Shown here: one piece after another, positions 57,680 to 60,123 of the stretch
Position numbering within the stretch: the stretch's first letter is position 1
How the letters are laid out: each line of letters begins with the position of its first letter
NCBI GenBank assembly: GCA_964592195.1
Contig: CAZQEI010000001.1
Coordinates: 52,885-113,007, forward strand
DNA from: an uncultured Gammaproteobacteria bacterium
GTDB taxonomy: Bacteria > Patescibacteriota > Patescibacteriia > UBA11705
Direction: 5' to 3'
Length of the DNA: 60,123 bases
Program-made: the position numbers and the translations under genes
Notes under the pieces: model-generated
The model's input: the letters and a program-made list of their open reading frames with translations, nothing else
What the model was told of the DNA's origin: nothing
Database searches by the model: none

Positions 57680-57745
57680 TTGACATGTGGTAAAGATGTA
57701 TTACAATATTCTGTGTAATTAGCAGTCTTAGGTATTAAGTGCTAA
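57680..57745 (+). promoter_or_regulatory. groESL promoter and CIRCE (HrcA operator)
   Basis: TTGACA-16-TACAAT; TTAGCAGTC-N9-AAGTGCTAA (57719-57745) vs consensus TTAGCACTC-N9-GAGTGCTAA. Confidence 0.85.
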
Positions 57746-57897
57746 GCTAGGGACTAGTGACCAGGTATCAGAGACTAGATTTATTCATACGCTTACACCT
57801 AGGCGCTAGTCGCTTGTCCCAAAACTATTAATCAGCGATTACTCCCCTGCCAATCTACATAAGTAAATTCGCACGGGGAAGTCAATCCAAAACAAAT

Positions 57898-58185
57898 ATG
57901 TTAAAACCATTAAATGATCACGTGATCGTCAAACCACTTTCTTTGGAAACAAAATCCGAAGGTGGCATTATCATTCCGGATACTGTTAACAAAGAAAAAC
58001 CAGAACAAGGTGAAGTCATCGCTGTTGGTCCGGGTAAAAGAAATGACAAAGGTGAATTGAACGCGATGTCAGTCAAAGTCGGAGACAAGGTCGTCTTTAC
58101 CAAATACTCACCAAACGAAGTTAAAATTAACAATGAAAAATACTTGGTGCTGTCCGAATCAGACATTCTCGCCATTATTGAATAA
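57898..58185 (+). CDS. groES: co-chaperonin GroES
   Basis: KPL.D.V, GGIIIPD, VIAVGPG, VKVGD.V. Confidence 0.97.
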   Translation: MLKPLNDHVIVKPLSLETKSEGGIIIPDTVNKEKPEQGEVIAVGPGKRNDKGELNAMSVKVGDKVVFTKYSPNEVKINNEKYLVLSESDILAIIE

Positions 58186-58310
58186 ATTTCTACCAATAAC
58201 GAATCTACGAGACATTACGAATTTACGAATTTAATACGAATTTTTACGAATTACATATCCGTAGAATCGGTAGTATCAATCCGTAACATCCGTAGCCTCG
58301 TATTATATAA

Positions 58311-59948
<1,638 letters not shown>

Positions 59949-59967
59949 TTCTCAACTTCAAATATTC

Positions 59968-59995
59968 AAAAACTCAGTCGTAAGGCTGAGTTTTT
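59968..59995 (+). terminator. groEL terminator
   Basis: AAAAACTCAGTC-GTAA-GGCTGAGTTTTT. Confidence 0.85.
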
Positions 59996-60018
59996 GTGTG
60001 GTGTGGTATAATAGAATA

Positions 60019-60123
60019 TGTGGTCACCAGTTACTTCTGACCCTCCCTTTAGGGAGGATAAAAAGCTCTATCCCCCACATAAATGTGTGGTCACCAGTTA
60101 CTTCTGACCCTCCCTTTAGGGAG
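60019..60123 (+). repeat. direct repeat of at least 38 bp with 67-bp period, truncated at window end
   Basis: TGTGGTCACCAGTTACTTCTGACCCTCCCTTTAGGGAG at 60019-60056 and 60086-60123. Confidence 0.85.

Noticed and set aside
60019-60123. Confident CRISPR array call
   Set aside because: Only two units, truncated, no cas genes, and a similar solo element exists at 36456-36530

Overview
This AT-rich bacterial chromosome segment uses genetic code 11 and is most consistent with Patescibacteria/CPR (Parcubacteria-like). That placement is inferred from the array of VirB2/TrbC-like pilins, a TrmB-family regulator, a 4-domain S1 and GT-C membrane proteins. Housekeeping genes include gyrA, rpsA, rny, ymdB, HU, hsp20, a VanW-family gene, a class A PBP, rimK, ruvC, yebC, PGI/PMI, galU, an RRM protein, tRNA-Arg(TCG), rnc, nusB and groES/groEL with a CIRCE. 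They are interleaved with small ORFan cassettes, and the intergenic DNA is crowded with nested palindromic and short-period repeats. Four observations stand out. (1) tRNA-Arg is followed by a small GIY-YIG nuclease and two tRNA copies. Each copy carries two different ~22-nt TGTC-N4-GAC hairpin inserts at the same positions with covarying 4-nt direct repeats, and a free collapsed double hairpin lies nearby. (2) The genes fall into two classes: core genes lack Shine-Dalgarno sites, while accessory cassettes share sigma70 promoter, then boxA-like motif, then strong GGAGG SD. (3) Three tandem large paralogs have conserved termini and divergent cores. (4) A fused PyrBI, an 8-pilin array, a MITE pair, an orphan non-coding transcription unit and an in-frame palindrome inside rpsA are also present. 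All functional calls come from motif recognition by eye, with no database search.
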